Assembly: GCF_006345805.1 (NCBI RefSeq)
Contig: NC_043020.1
Location: forward strand, 13,764,001-13,828,000
From: Octopus sinensis
Taxonomy: Eukaryota
Reading direction: 5' to 3'
DNA: 64,000 nucleotides
Of the stretch, positions 15,051-28,564 are shown piece after piece; the first letter of the stretch is position 1; each line of letters begins with the position of its first letter. The notes below the pieces were generated by a model. It was not told the DNA's origin. It searched no databases and saw nothing but the letters and a program-made list of their open reading frames with translations. The position numbers and the translations under genes are program-made.

Positions 15051-15243
15051 GTTACTCTTTTACTTGTTTCAGTCATTTGACTGTGGCCATGCTGGAGCAC
15101 CGCCTTTAATCGAGCAGCTCGACCCCGGGACTTATTCTTTTGTAAGCCCAGTACTTATTCTATCGGTCTCTTTTGCCGAACCGCTAAGTAACGGGGGACA
15201 TAAACACACCAGCACCGGTTGTCAAGCAATCCTAGGGGGACAA

Positions 15244-15294
<51 letters not shown>

Positions 15295-15460
15295 CATATA
15301 TACGACGGGCTTCTTTCAGTTTCCGTCTACCAAATCCACTCACAAGGCTTTGGTCGGCCTGAGGCTATAGTAGAAGACACTTGCCCAAGGTGCCATGCAG
15401 TGGGATTAAACCCGGAACCATGTGGCTGGTAAACAAGCTACTTACCGCACAGCCACTCCT
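15051..15460 (-). mobile_element. SINE family A, full length
   Basis: Same consensus. Confidence 0.85.
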
Positions 15461-16574
15461 TTAAAAAAATAATTAAAATAAACAGGAAGGAAATATAGTC
15501 ACATAGAATAATGTGATCCAAGGTACACTATTCCTGAAAGCAAAACAGCATGAACACAACATCACAACGTGAACCTCCCCCCCCTTTTTTTTATATATAA
15601 TCACTTTTAGTCTACTCCTTTTCTCTCTCTTCCTCTCTCTCTCTCACTCTCTCACTCTCCTCTCTCTCAACTATGCCAAAACAAAGGTCGCTGGTGCTAA
15701 TGCCATGTGAAAAGCACCCAGTCCATCTTGTAAAGTGGTTGGCATTAGGAAGGGCATCTAGCTGTAGAAACTATGCCAAAGAAGGCAGTCGAGATTGGTG
15801 CATACCTCTGGCTTGCCAGTTCCTGTTAAGCCATCCAACCCATAGTTGAGTCACACGGCCTAGGGGTTAGAGCAGCGGACTCATGGTCGAGGGATCGCAG
15901 GTTCGAATCTCAGACCGGGCGATGTGTGTGTTTATGAGCGAAACACCTAAGCTCCACGCGGCTCCGGCAGAAGGTAATGGCGAAACTTCTGCTGACTCTT
16001 CCGCCACAACTTTCTCTCACTCTTTCCTCCTACATCATGCAGCTCACCTGCGACGGACTGGCATCCCATCCAGGTGGGGAACCTATATGACAAGGAAACC
16101 GGGAAACCGGCCCATTATGAGCCAGGTGTGGTTCATGAAGGAACAAACATCCAACCCATGCCAGCATGGACGATGAACATTGAATAATTATGATGATGAT
16201 ATATATATATATGTAATGTGTATGTGACTGTGTAGTTAAAAAGCTTGCTTCCTGACCTTGGGATCTGAGCTTCAGTTCTTCTGCATGGTACCTTAGGCAA
16301 GTGTCTTCTACCATAGCCAACCAATGCCTTGTGAGTGGATTTGGCAGGTGGAAACTGAAGGAAGCCTATTTTGTATGTGTGTGTATGTAAATATGTGTGT
16401 GCTTGTGTGTATCCTTGTTCTGACATTATGTGGTGGTTGTAAATGACCATCACCTCATACAAGAAAGGTTGTCTGTGGTAAAATGCCTGGCATGGGAAAT
16501 GCTACTGTGCATGGAATCAGCTGAATGTTGGCAACAGGAAGAGCATCCAGCCATAGAAACTCTGCTCCGACAAT

Positions 16575-16820
16575 TCCTGTCCTTCTCCAGGGATTTTCTC
16601 CACATAATATGACCAAAATATGCCAATCTATGCTTTGTGGTCCTAGCTTCTAGCGACATTTTCGGCCTGATCTGCTTAAGAACTTCTCCATTGGTGAGCC
16701 TCGCTGTCCATGGAATCCGTAAAAGTCTTCTCCAACACCAAAGCTCAAATGCATTAATTCTCTTCTGGTCAGCTTTCTTTAGTGTCCAGGTCTCGCATCC
16801 ATATGTTGCTATTGGGAAGA
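16575..16820 (-). mobile_element. RTE/BovB-like LINE fragment just upstream of a GOPC exon
   Basis: AFELWCWRRLLRIPWTARLTN...SLEARTTKHRLAYFGHIMWRKSLEKD. Confidence 0.8.
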
Positions 16821-16895
16821 CATGAAGAGACTGATTGTGTGTGTTTCAGAATCTGTAAACTTGTATTGACGTGTTCTGGTTTTTATTTTCTGCAG

Positions 16896-17061
16896 AATTC
16901 AACAGATCCAACTTCTTGGACGGGACATGAAAGGCGCAGAACATGACAAATTATGGAACCAATTAGAAGCTGAGATTCATCTGCATCGACACAAGACTGT
17001 CATACGTGCATGCAGAGGACGAAACAATATCAAGAAGAAATTACCAGTTCCACCAGGCCAT
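16896..17061 (+). CDS. GOPC: GOPC/PIST internal coding exon (end of coiled-coil region and linker before the PDZ)
   Basis: Acceptor ttttattttctgcag, donor CAT|gtatgt. Translates (R)[55 protein letters not shown], which closely matches the vertebrate GOPC segment as I recall it. 166 nt, phase 2 to phase 0. Confidence 0.95.
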
Positions 17062-17066
17062 GTATG

Positions 17067-17106
<40 letters not shown>

Positions 17107-17107
<1 letters not shown>

Positions 17108-17322
17108 TGTGTACAGTGCTCAGGTGCACTACAACTCACCTAAAGTGTATATATAATCAGGTGTAGTTTCGGCGGATTTCGGAAAGCATGAGGGCCTTAA
17201 AGGATGCAGTGTCATGGCAGTCAACAACTGACGCAGGCAGTTTATTCCATGCTTCAGCAACTCTGAGCATGAAAAAATGTTTCCGAAAGTCATGGGAGCT
17301 GTGTTGTTTTCTGACTTTGTAT
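17107..17322 (-). mobile_element. CR1-like LINE 3' fragment (related copy at about 6770-6965, +)
   Basis: HDFRKHFF.LRVAEAWNKLPASVV motif; (ATT)n tail. Confidence 0.65.
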
Positions 17323-19239
17323 AATTCATGTTATTGTTCTTGTTGGGTGGTGGGCTTCAAGTCTGCAGATTCACCGCAGATCAGACCAACTTTGAAGACT
17401 AGTCTTATGTGTTGACCATAAATGAATAACATGAGACTGGTCCAAAACAGTAATGTTACGTGGGGAGGCTTTTAACATCCGCTTTCCATGCTAGCATGGG
17501 TTGGACGATTTGACTCAGGTCCAGCGAACCAGATGGCTGCACCAGGCTCCAGTCTTGATTTGGCAGAGTTTCTACTGCTGGATGCCCTTCCTAACGCCAA
17601 CCACTCCGAGAGTGTAGTGGGTGCTTTTACGTGCCACTGGCACAAGGGCCAGTCAGGCGGTACTGGCAACGGCCACGCTCAAATGGTACTTTTTATGTGC
17701 CACCTGCACAGGAGCCAGTCTAGCGGCACTGGCATTTAATTACAGCATTAACGATCTAATGAGAATGTGAAACTGTCTAATAGTCGATACACAGATTGCT
17801 AAAGTGTGTTGTGTCTACACAAATGAAGGAACAAAACAGTGAATGAAGAATTCTTTTCATTAAATTTAGAAAAGCATTTCCCAAAGGCAGTATAAAAGAA
17901 AGAAAACCATAGAAAAACTAACGAGTTTTGCAACTTTATTAACTCATTACCATTGAAACCAGTTGTATCTAGTCATCACGAAAAAAATCATTGTTATTTG
18001 TTCAATCTTATTGGCAAGTTGGTTTCCTTAAGCTGTATAAAAACTTCCATTAAACCATATTTTTTTCCATTGTTTTGTAATCTCATCATTTTTCTATAAA
18101 TATATAACACAGCTAGCATCATTTGTATTATGGCTGCTAAAAGAGTAATCCTTAGACAAGACAAATAGCTTTAGATGAATATAACAGCAATAACAACAGC
18201 TGTTATACATTAGTATTAAGTTCAATCGCAGACAAGAGATATTATTTTTATATAAATATATTGATTGCAAAGTTTGGCACAATGCCAGTAATTTCTGGTG
18301 GGGATTTTGGTGGTGGCGATGGCAATGGCGGTGGTGGTGGTGGTGGTGGCGGCGGCGGTGGTGGTGGTGGTGGGGTGGTGGTGGTGGTAGTGTCGGTGGT
18401 GGTGGCGGCGGCGGCGGTGGTGGTGGCGGCGGCGGTGGTGGTGGCGGCGGCGGTGGTGGTGGCGGCGGCGGTGGTGGTGGCAGTGGTGGTGATGAGTTAA
18501 TTACATTGACCTCTGTGTTCAATTAGTACTTCATCATCATCATCATCATCGTTTAACGTCCACTTTCCATGCTAGCATGGATTGGACGATTTGACTGAGG
18601 TCTAGCGAACCAGATGGCTGCACCAGACTCCAAATCTGATCTGGCAGGGTTTCTACAGCTGGATGCCTTTCCTAACGCCAACCACTCCGTGAGTGTAGTG
18701 GGTGCTTTTAAGTGCCACCAGCACGAGGGCCAGTCAGGCGGTACTGGCAACGGCCACGCTCAAATGGTACTTTTTATGTGCCACCTGCACAGGAGCCAGT
18801 CCAGTGGCACTAGCAATGACCTCGCTCGAATATTTTTTTCACGTGCCACCAGCATAAGTGCTGGTATGGCAACACAGGTAACGATCATGCTCGAATGGTG
18901 TTCTTAACGTGCTATCAGCACAGGGGCCAGCTTGTTGCTCTGGCAACGATCTCACTTGTATGGTACTCTTAGCACTCCACTAGCGCAGATGCCAGTCATC
19001 GAATTTGATTTTGATTTCACTTGCCTCAACAGGTCTTCACAAGCAGAGTTTAGTGTCCCAAGGAGGAAAGGCACGCATAAGTGGACTGGTTTACCAATTC
19101 CAAAAGGATGAAAGTCAAAGCTGACCTTGGCAGAATTTGAACTCAGAATGTAAAGACAGACTGAATACTGCTAAGTGTTTTGCTCAGCTTGCTAACGACT
19201 CTGCGTGCTAATGCTTCTGCCACCTCACCACCTTGTGTG

Positions 19240-19240
<1 letters not shown>

Positions 19241-19310
<70 letters not shown>

Positions 19311-19335
19311 TATATAACATATTATATATATATAC

Positions 19336-19429
<94 letters not shown>

Positions 19430-19474
19430 TATACATATATATATACATATATATATACATATATTATACATATA

Positions 19475-19512
<38 letters not shown>

Positions 19513-19577
19513 TATATATATATATACATATATATATATAGATACATATATATATTATATACATATAATATATATAC

Positions 19578-19620
<43 letters not shown>

Positions 19621-19621
19621 G

Positions 19622-19652
<31 letters not shown>

Positions 19653-19668
19653 ACATATATATATCTAC

Positions 19669-19701
<33 letters not shown>

Positions 19702-19764
19702 CATATATTATATATACATATATATATATATATTATACATATATAATATATACATATATATATA
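19241..19764. repeat. Long degenerate (TA)n microsatellite
   Basis: Seen directly. Confidence 0.95.
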
Positions 19765-19801
19765 AATTCACTTCATAATTTGAAACTGACTTATTGGAAG
19801 T

Positions 19802-19844
19802 CCACCTGAAGATTGTCGATCAAGACAAGAAACGATTGTAGTGG
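19802..19844 (+). ncRNA. Minimal type I hammerhead ribozyme motif
   Basis: CCAC-CTGAAGA-TTGTC(GATCAA)GACAA-GAAA-C(GATT)G-TA-GTGG. Stem I ccac/gtgg, intact CUGANGA and GAAA, 5-bp stem II, short stem III, GUA cleavage triplet. Confidence 0.8.
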
Positions 19845-22800
19845 CGGTTTTTTTGACTATTTATTAAAATTTTATGTATTGATTAAGTCTTTCCTTGTTT
19901 GTTTTGCAAAATAGTGGTTTTGTCTCGAATAATATTTTATATATATATATATATAGTCAAAGAAATCAAACTCAGGACTTATTCTTTACAAGCCTGGTAC
20001 TTATTGTATCATTATCTTTTGCTGAACTGCTAGGCTATGGGAACATAAACACACCAACATCAGTTGTCAAGTGATGGTGTGGTGGACAAACATGCACACA
20101 CGCATAAATATATGTACACATGTGTGTGTGTATATATATATATAGTTGAAATTTACAGAAAAACAAAAGACAAAGACAGGTGTATGAACAGCAAGCAGGT
20201 GTATTAGTTTGATGCTTGGGAAAGTGGGAAAGTCTTTTATGTTTCGAGCCTATGCTCTTCAACAGAAAGGAGTAAGAGAAAATAAACAGAGAGAGAATAA
20301 AAAGACTTGTAGATTTAGTAATCAAGCTTTATTTATATATATATATATATATTTACATATATATAACAGACTTCTTTCAGTTTCTGTCTACCAAATCCAC
20401 TCACAAGGCTTTGGTCAGCCCGAGACTATAGTAGAAAACACTTGACCAAAGTGTCATGCAATGGGATTGAACTTGGAACTATGTGGTTGGGAAACAAGCT
20501 TCTTCTCACACAGGTATTCCTGCACCTGCCAAACACAGCCATACTCTCAAAATTTTACGAAAACACGAAAGGCAGAGACAGACAGGTATGAGAAAAACAA
20601 AGAAGGTATATTAGTTTCACACTCAGGAGAAAATGAAAGTCTTTTACGTTTCGAGCTGAGACTCTTTTACGGAAGGGAATAAGGAGAAGGAAAAAAAACA
20701 GGGAAGAAAGGAACATGTCTAGATACACACACACACACACCACACACACACACAATGCCTGCTTCCTCTCTTTATGATAGATGCACCCTCGTTATCGAGG
20801 GCCCTAACTAATTATCTCGTTGATGTGTTAGTGATAGCCTCATCATATTCCATGTCTTAATCAGCATACAATGTTTTCCCAACTTCTTTGCAATTTTCTT
20901 CTTCAATTCTTCCTCTTTCTACCTCATTTCTTTTTCCTTGCATCAATCACACAATTAAAATCAACAAAAAAGTGCTCATTATCTTATAGTTTTCGTTAAT
21001 TTGGTGAGTTTCTCTCTCCCCCCTCTCCCTCCCTCTCTCTTTCTCTCTCCCTCTCACCCTCTCTCTCTCTCCCTCTCTCTCCTTCCCTCCATTGTTTGGT
21101 TTATTTCTTAATCCTTTTTCTCTCGAAATTCTCATAATTGGAAAAAGTCATCCAACTGTAAAACAGAAGGGGTTTTTTTTTTCCCCTTATAAATTTAAAT
21201 CATTATTTAATTGTTTATCCAGGCAATATTTCTCTCTTCTTTTTTTCTACTATTTTTTTTTATATTACAACATAATTTTTTTTTTCCTTTCTCCATCATC
21301 CTGAAAACATAAACAATTCTATCTAACCATTATTTTACACTTCATTTTGCCTCTTAGCTTTCATTTGAAAACTTTTTTTTTTCTTTTTTTCCCAATTTCA
21401 ATCCAAAATTATGTTAGCTAATTATAAAAAGAAATAGAGTGTTTGGTGATGTACTGAAAAAAAAAATTGCTTTAGATTCTTCTTGAAAATATTAGTTGTT
21501 CTAAGACCTGCCTCTATACAGGTTTCAACAGAATTGAGGTGATCATTACCATTATTATTATTATTAAGGTGGCAAGCTGACAGAATCATTAGCATGCTGG
21601 ACGAAATGCTTAGCGGTATTTCGCCAGTCTCTACGTTCTGAGTTCAAATTCCGCCAAGGTCGACTTTGCCTTTCATCCTTTCGGAGTCGATTAAATAAGT
21701 ACCAGTTACATACTGGGATCGATATAATCGACTTAATTCGTTTGTCTGTCCTTGTTCGTCCCCTCTGTGTTTAGCCCCTTGTGGGTAGTAAAGAAATAGG
21801 TATTTTGCCCATTGCTACATTCTGAGTTCAAATTCCACCAAGGCCAACTTTACTTTTCACCCTTTTGGGGTTGATAAATTAAGTACCAGTGAAACACTGG
21901 GCTCAATGTAATTAACTAGTCCCCTCCCTACAAATTTCAGGCCTTGTGCCTATAGTTGAAAGGATTATTATTATTATTATTGAGTGAGAGAGCAGTGCAT
22001 GCCATCAAAGTGACACTGGGGTAAAATATACGAAACCCAGTATACCCATCATGACTACCCGTCTGATAAGGGTACACCAGGCACATGCATCACAACGATA
22101 TGTGCACGACATGGTGATCTCGCATCAAGATAAACAGCGCATGACCTTGCAGGTGGGACCCAGTTAGAATTTTCTTCTGGTTGAGTAACCCATCCTGCTC
22201 AAAATGCTCAAAAGGCCCTTGAATAAAGGTTGTTTAAGGATGTTGAATGAACCACCCGTGTTTCCAGAGGTGAATTATCCAAACCTCCAAGAATCTCTCT
22301 CAACACATGGCTATGATGCTCCCCCACTACTTCTGCTCATGGTCGGAGATGCACATATCGTCAGCCACTAAGGGACATGCTCAACTGTTTAAAGTCAAAC
22401 AACTGATAAGCAAATCTGTGGTATTGAGCAGAATATTTGCTGTAGCCCATCTTTTATACCAAGACAAAACAATGTACATGATAACACTTCCAATCAGTTA
22501 AGATCAGAAGCCATGAGAGCCACTGCCTGGTACTGCACTAGGGCATTTATTATTATTATTATTAAGGTGGTGAGCTGGTAGGATTGTTAACATGCGAAGC
22601 AAAATGCTTGGCTGCTTTTCATCTACCTAACATTCTGTGTTCAAATTCTGCCAAGGTTGACTTCACCTCCATCATCATCATTAAACAATGATGATGATGA
22701 TTGCTCTCAAATTTTGGCACAAGGCCCGCAAGTTCTAGGGAGGCGGGTAGGATAAGTTAATTACATTAACCCCCCCAAAAGGATGAAAGTTAAAGTTGAC

Positions 22801-22969
22801 CTTAGCGAAATTTGAACTCAGAATGTAAAGACAGATGAAATACCACTAAACATTTTGCCTGGTGTGCTAATGGCTTTGCCACCTTGCTGCCCTCAAATTA
22901 TTGATTTATTAAAAAATGCTTTACTAAAGTTAGAATTATCTCAGATAAGGCAATATATTTGGGATTTTT

Positions 22970-23373
22970 ACCCTTTTACTTGTTTCAGTTATTTGACTAT
23001 GGCCATGCTGGAGCAATGCCTTTAGTCGAGCACATCGACTCCAGGACTTATTCTTTGTAAGACTAGTACTTATTCTATTGGTTTTTTTCACCGAACCGCT
23101 AAGTTACGGGGACATAAACACACCAGCATCGGTTGTCAAGTGATGTTGGGTGGACAAACACAGACACACAAACATATACACACATATATATAAATATATA
23201 TACATATATGCGATGGGCTTCTTTCAGTTCCCGTCTACCAAATCCACTCACAAGGCTTTGGTCAGTCCAAGGCTATAGTAGAAGACACTTGCCCAAGGTG
23301 CCACACAGTGGGTCTGAACCTGGAACCATGTGGTTCGTAAGCAAGCTACTTACCACACAGCCACTCCTACGCC
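22970..23373 (-). mobile_element. SINE family A, full length
   Basis: Same consensus. Confidence 0.85.
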
Positions 23374-23787
23374 TGTGTATATTTAAAGCTTTCTAGTTTG
23401 TTAATCTCTGAAAGCTTGTTTGGGCAGTATAACACTGTTTTTATTGACAATGTTATAACCTTCAGTGTTATTTGTAGATAATTGCCATGGATAATAATAA
23501 TAATAATAATTATTATCACAATAATTAATTCCTAAATATTATAGTTTATTTAGAAAAAAATTTTTTTAAATGAGAAAACAAAAACAAGAATTAAAGTTCG
23601 CAACAGACACAGTTTAATGGTAGAATCTTTAATTTTTTCTTTTTTTCTTTCTTCTTACCAATTCTATTTAATATGTCAGTAAGCATCTGTAATTTATTTT
23701 CCGAAATCTAAACAAATGTCAAAGAATTGGAAGAAGAGGCATTAAGAGATACTACTGCTGCTGCTACTACTACTACTACTACTACTA

Positions 23788-23868
<81 letters not shown>

Positions 23869-24293
23869 TAGTAGTAGTAATAGTAGTAGTTGTGGAGAAG
23901 GAAGGAGGATAGATAGCCATTTGGGGAAGAATGGAACCAAAAAACATACAGAAATAGAATATGTTGTAATTTCCATGTGTTTTAAATATCTTTTATGCGA
24001 GTGATGACAAAGAAAGAGAACCATTCCTAGGTTTTGTTGGGTTTGGAAAATCTTTGTTTTTTTTTTAGCTTTTTGTTAATTTTTTGTTGTTTTTTTTTTG
24101 GTTTGGTTTTGGGGATTTTTTTTTTTTTTGCAGACAACAGAATAATGTAATTTGTGAAAATAATTAGCTATTGTTAAAATGAAATGATTCTGTTACCAAA
24201 CTCAGAAGAAATGTTTTCAATGTTTAATTATTTTCGTTTTTTACTTTTGTCACATTCAAAAAAGAAAATCTACATAAAAATAAATTGTGTGTG

Positions 24294-24338
<45 letters not shown>

Positions 24339-24501
24339 GCATATCTGAGTATGTATGTCTATGTGTATTTGTATATATGTATATGTATGTGTATGTGTGT
24401 GTATAAATGAGTATGTATGTCTGTATATGAGTATGTATGTGCATGTATGTGAGTACGTATATGTTTATAAATGTATGTGTATATATGAGGATGTGTCTAT
24501 G

Positions 24502-24534
<33 letters not shown>

Positions 24535-24780
24535 ATATGAATATGTATGTGTGAGTGACGTATGTATATATGTACAAACATATGAACATGTCTGTCGATG
24601 TATATATGTATGTACATACATATGTGCAAATGTATGTATGTACATATGTATGTCTGTATGTATATGTATATATATGTGTGTATGTATATGTAGAAACATG
24701 TATATACATGTGTATGTATATGCCTATTTATGTGTGTATGTATATGTATGTACATATGTATACATGAATATATGCATGTA

Positions 24781-25212
24781 CGTGGTCTGATCAATAAGTA
24801 TCCAGACTGTTGCTATTGTAATGAATCTATTGCATAGAGAGTGAAGCCGCTTGACACAGATTGACCTTGAACACTGCTGTGCATGCACACTAAGTTTTAA
24901 TGTTCTAGCTCACTTCCGCTGTTTACAGCAATGCTTGGAAGGAAGGTGTGTAGCATGTGATCATTGCATTGACCATGACAGAGAAAGCTGAGCTGAGAAT
25001 CAGCATCAAATTTTGCCAAAAGCTTGGCAAAATTACTTACCACACAGCCACTCCTACGCCTATGCGTGTGGTAAGTAGCTTGTTTACGACCACATGGTTC
25101 CGGGTTCAGTCCCACTGCGTGGCACGTTGGGCATGTGTCTTCTACTATAACCTAGAGCTGACCAAAGCCCTGTGAGGGGATTTGGTAAATGGAAACTGAA
25201 AGAAGCCCGTCG

Positions 25213-25247
<35 letters not shown>

Positions 25248-25818
25248 CTGTGTTTGTCCCCACCAACATCGCTTGACAACCGATGCTGGTGTGTTTATGT
25301 CCCCGTTACTTAACGGTTCGGCAAAAGAGACCAATAGAATAAGTACTGGGCTTGCAAAAGAATAAGTCCCGGGGTCGATTTGCTCGATTAAAGGCAGTAC
25401 TCCAGCATGGCCGCAGTCAAATGACTGAAACAAGTAAAAGAGTAAAATAGAAAAGAGAGAGTCAAGGAGAGATTTTGTGCAACTGAAACCTGAGTATCTT
25501 TTTGGCCAGCTGAAAGCAGTTTCGGCACAAACTTGGCAGACACGTGTCTCGTACCCAAATCTTCAGTGATAATGGACTGAACTGAACTGTAACTACTCTG
25601 CACATCCTCTGATAACTCACAGATGGTGATTCGATGATCTTCCCTCACAGCTCCATGCACATCTGTGATGTTTTCTCAATTTTGCTGGTTGTGTGTCTCC
25701 CCGAACATTCATCGATATTGACATTTTTTTGGTCATCTTTTTGCCAAGCGGCTTCACTCTCCATGCTATAGATTCATTACAACAGTAACAGTCCGGATAC
25801 TTATTGATCAGACCACGT
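24781..25818. mobile_element. Mariner-like remnants in inverted arrangement, with an inserted SINE
   Basis: TA-flanked TIR cgtggtctgatcaataagtatcc(a/g)gactgtt at both ends. Transposase remnants ELRISIKFCQKLGK (+) and DHRITICELSEDV...TEDLGTRHVSAKFVPKLLS (-). Confidence 0.75.
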
Positions 25819-25941
25819 ACATGCATATATTCATGTATACATATATACATACATATACATACACACATACATAGGCATATACATACACATGTACATACAT
25901 GTTTCTACATACACACATTTATATTTACAGACATACATATG

Positions 25942-25983
<42 letters not shown>

Positions 25984-26171
25984 TAAGGGTAGAAATTGAT
26001 ATTTATCAATTAAGACCAGTGGTCTAGCATATTAAAAAAGAATCCGAAGATTAAAATATTTATATATACCAATTAAGGACTGAACACGAAAAGTGGACAG
26101 TCAACATGCTAGATATAGACGTCAAATCGCCATTCACCACAAAAGATTATGTTCTCAGATCAAACTCAACA

Positions 26172-26206
<35 letters not shown>

Positions 26207-26299
26207 GCATACAGACATACATAAGGTCTGAACAACTCGTACACTTGTGTGTGGCTCATACACTACTCTCCAACTTTGCACAGGCCTCTGAGCAGGTAT

Positions 26300-26727
26300 T
26301 GCCATGACAACAATCACATGCTACACACCTTCCGTCCAAGCTCTGCTGTATACAGTGAAAGTGAGCTAGAATGTTAAAATTTAGTGTGCATGTACAGCAG
26401 AGTTTAAGGTTAATCTGTGCCAAACAGCTTCACCTTTTTTTTTTTTTTGTACTTGTTTCAGTCATTTGACTGCGGCCATGCTGGAGCACTGCCTTTAGAG
26501 TGGTGAAAGAGTACAGCAGGGATCACCACCTCCTGCCGGAGCTCGTGGAGCTTTTAGGTGTTTTTTTTTCGCTCAATAAACACACACAACGCCCGGTCTG
26601 GGAATCGAAACCGCGATCCTCCGACCGCAAGTCCGCTGCCCTAACCACTAGGCCATTGCGCCTCTACTTTGCGTACTTTAGCATCGTTACTCTGGCAACA
26701 GTCCGGATACTTAATAATCAGACCTCG
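26300..26727 (-). mobile_element. Third mariner-like left end, interrupted by SINE fragments
   Basis: TIR variant at 26695-26727 and homology to 24840-24980. Confidence 0.6.
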
Positions 26728-26788
26728 TATATAGGTGTATATGTATGTATATATGTAGAAACATGTATGCATGCATGTATGTACATAT

Positions 26789-26820
<32 letters not shown>

Positions 26821-26917
26821 GCATATGTATGTATACATATATATATATATATGCATGTATATTTGTGTAAATATGTACGTGCACATATATGTGTATGTAC
26901 ATGTACATATGTATACA

Positions 26918-26974
<57 letters not shown>

Positions 26975-27059
26975 TATATATATGCATGTTTTTAAGTACA
27001 TACACATCTACATATCTTTCTATGAGAAAATTTAAATATCTCATCTCTTGAGAATATCA

Positions 27060-27665
27060 GGGCAAAAACCAATTTTACAATAGAATCCTATAGCCATGAT
27101 TCTGTAGAGTTCTTTGGAATTTTTTTTTTTTCTTTTTTTTTGTGAGTGGGTGGCCTTATATTGATTGGCAATCGCAGAAAAGAAAGCATTGTTTTGTTTG
27201 TTTTTAATGGCTGTGGTGGTATAATTCCAGTCAGCACACTATTTATAGAATTGCAGTTAGCACACCTTTCCCAAATCCCATCAGAGAGCAAGGTGGAAGC
27301 TTTGACTGCAAACCCATGAATTAAATTCCATCTCCTAGAAATCACAAAAAACCAATTTTACAGTAGAATCATATAGGCATAATTCTGTTGAGTTTTTTTT
27401 TTTTGTTGTTGTTGTTGTTTACTTTCTTTTATGTGTATATGCGTTTCTTCTAGAATATGAGAAATCTATCCATTTTTAGGGGCCTTATATTGATCACCAC
27501 TCCCAGAAAAAAAAAAAAACCCATTGTTTTGCTTGTTTTAATGGCTTTGATAGAATTCCAGTTAGCACACCTTTTCCCAGATCTCATTGGAGAGCAAGGT
27601 GAGAGCCTCAGCTGCACACCAACAAATTGAATTCCATCTCCCAGAAACCACGAAAACATTTACAG
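27060..27665. repeat. Diverged two-copy tandem repeat, about 285-305 bp unit
   Basis: aaaaaccaattttaca(a/g)tagaatc at 27064 and 27347; gttagcacaccttt and ttccatctcc recur in each unit. Confidence 0.8.
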
Positions 27666-28564
27666 CTTTTCATTCTAACACTTCACAATTGTCTCAATAT
27701 CATTGTTTTATGTGTAAGAGAGAGATTGAGATTGTTTTATGATACAACACAACGTCAGAAATGGTTAGTTTTTCTCACCTTGTTGTTTATTGCGTTTGTC
27801 TTCCTGGCTACAATGGGAAAAAAATCTGTGGTTCTCCAGAGACGGTGTGAAGCTGGTCACTAAACTCCATTAAATTGGATTTATTCTTTTTTAGGTTTCT
27901 GAAGGGAAAAAAAATTTTTTAAACTGTCCAGCTATTGTCATAATAGAAGGAGACCTTGTGAAGACAGTTTACTAGTAAACAAGGAATATTGCCTGGAGAT
28001 ATGAGAAGTATGTCTGATTTAAAGGGGAAATATAATGGATCAGATCCATTCTATAGCGGAGATCGGAGACCCCCTTCGGTCACGACACAGACCATGGGTG
28101 GGGAGGGGTCCGGGTGGGGAGGGTGGGGGGAGACCAAATGTTGCCTCCAATATAGAATTAACCCTTTAGCATTCAATCTGGTTATGTCAGGCCAATATAT
28201 TCCACCTGTTTTGTGTTGAAAATGGCCAGATCCAGCCTCTCACACCTACCCTACTATGTCATTCTAAAAATAAACAATCATCACCATCATCATCTAGTGT
28301 CTGTTTTCCATGTTGGCGTTGGTTAGAAGGTTTGACAGGAAATGGTAAGACAGAAAGCTGCACCAGGTTCCGGTCTGTTTTTGGCTCTTAATCAAACCGT
28401 CCAGCCCATGCCAGCATGGAAAGCAGACGTTAAACAATGATGATGATGATATAATTGCTTAATAATTTTTAATAATTATAATAACATAGATGACTTGAGA
28501 TGTCTTGCCTCAGTGTTTGTTATCCTTTTTAACAAATTGATATATATATATATATATATATATA

